Source: Desulfatiglandales bacterium (GTDB lineage: Bacteria > Desulfobacterota > DSM-4660 > Desulfatiglandales > Desulfatiglandaceae). Taken from it: a DNA stretch of 64,000 bases. Both the position numbers and the translations under genes were made by a program. The notes under the pieces were generated by a model that saw only the letters and a list, made by a program, of their open reading frames with translations, searched no databases and was not told the origin of the DNA. The stretch covers positions 5,760,001-5,824,000 of the forward strand of contig OY759599.1 of NCBI GenBank assembly GCA_963662465.1, given 5' to 3'. The number at the start of each line of letters is the position of its first letter. Position 1 is the stretch's first letter. Below, piece by piece: positions 62,917 to 64,000 of the stretch.

Positions 62917-63194
62917 CTAATTCTTTGAGATTTTATCAAGCAATTCCTTGAACACGCCCTTTCTAAAGGTCATGACCGAAAGGACGAACAGCGTTCCGAG
63001 ACACAGAGGCCAGATGTCCGTATATGAACTCAAGAAATCCTTGAGAAAGATGAGTCCCATAGCGCCCATGATGGGTCCGTAGAGGGTCCCCATGCCGCCC
63101 ACCAGGGTCATCAGAACAATATCGCCGGAAGTGTCCAGGCTAAGGGTGAACAGGGGTACAAAATTTTGCAAAATGGCGTAAAGGGCGCCGGCCA
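62917..63194 (-). CDS. Branched-chain amino acid ABC permease (LivM-like), C-terminal fragment
   Basis: LAGALYA...SGDIVLMTLVGGMGTLYGPIMGA...G; 5' part lost in the poly-G tract. Confidence 0.75.

Positions 63195-64000
<806 letters not shown>

Overview
Chromosomal origin region of an anaerobe whose gene content looks like a Desulfobacterota sulfate reducer (taxonomy is inferred). Left arm, minus strand: a Wood-Ljungdahl cluster (cooC, acsD, acsA, acsB, partial acsC). It sits directly divergent from a strongly diverged dnaA, followed by dnaN-gyrB-gyrA-gpsA-birA-ddl. Next come a prkA-yeaH-spoVR-prkA2 operon, a perfect parS site and a 16.4 kb chemosensory/two-component cluster. That cluster has Myxococcus Che7-like gene order, a sensor-less MCP, a PAS-HEAT protein and three paralogous PAS domains. 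It is followed by a DUF1778/GNAT toxin-antitoxin pair, an archaeal-type ATPase and housekeeping genes (ribBA, tkt, cooT, plsY, parAB, fadH-like, DUF1343, ClC, cpoB, pal, hbd). The last ~800 bp are a poly-G artefact. Most notable signals: (1) dnaA is flanked on both sides by homologous ~190 bp AT-rich origin-like modules and has altered ATPase and DNA-recognition motifs; (2) a family of nested inverted heptamer-repeat elements punctuates the chemosensory cluster; (3) a second dispersed 60-90 bp element occurs three times. All calls come from reading the sequence; no database searches were run.
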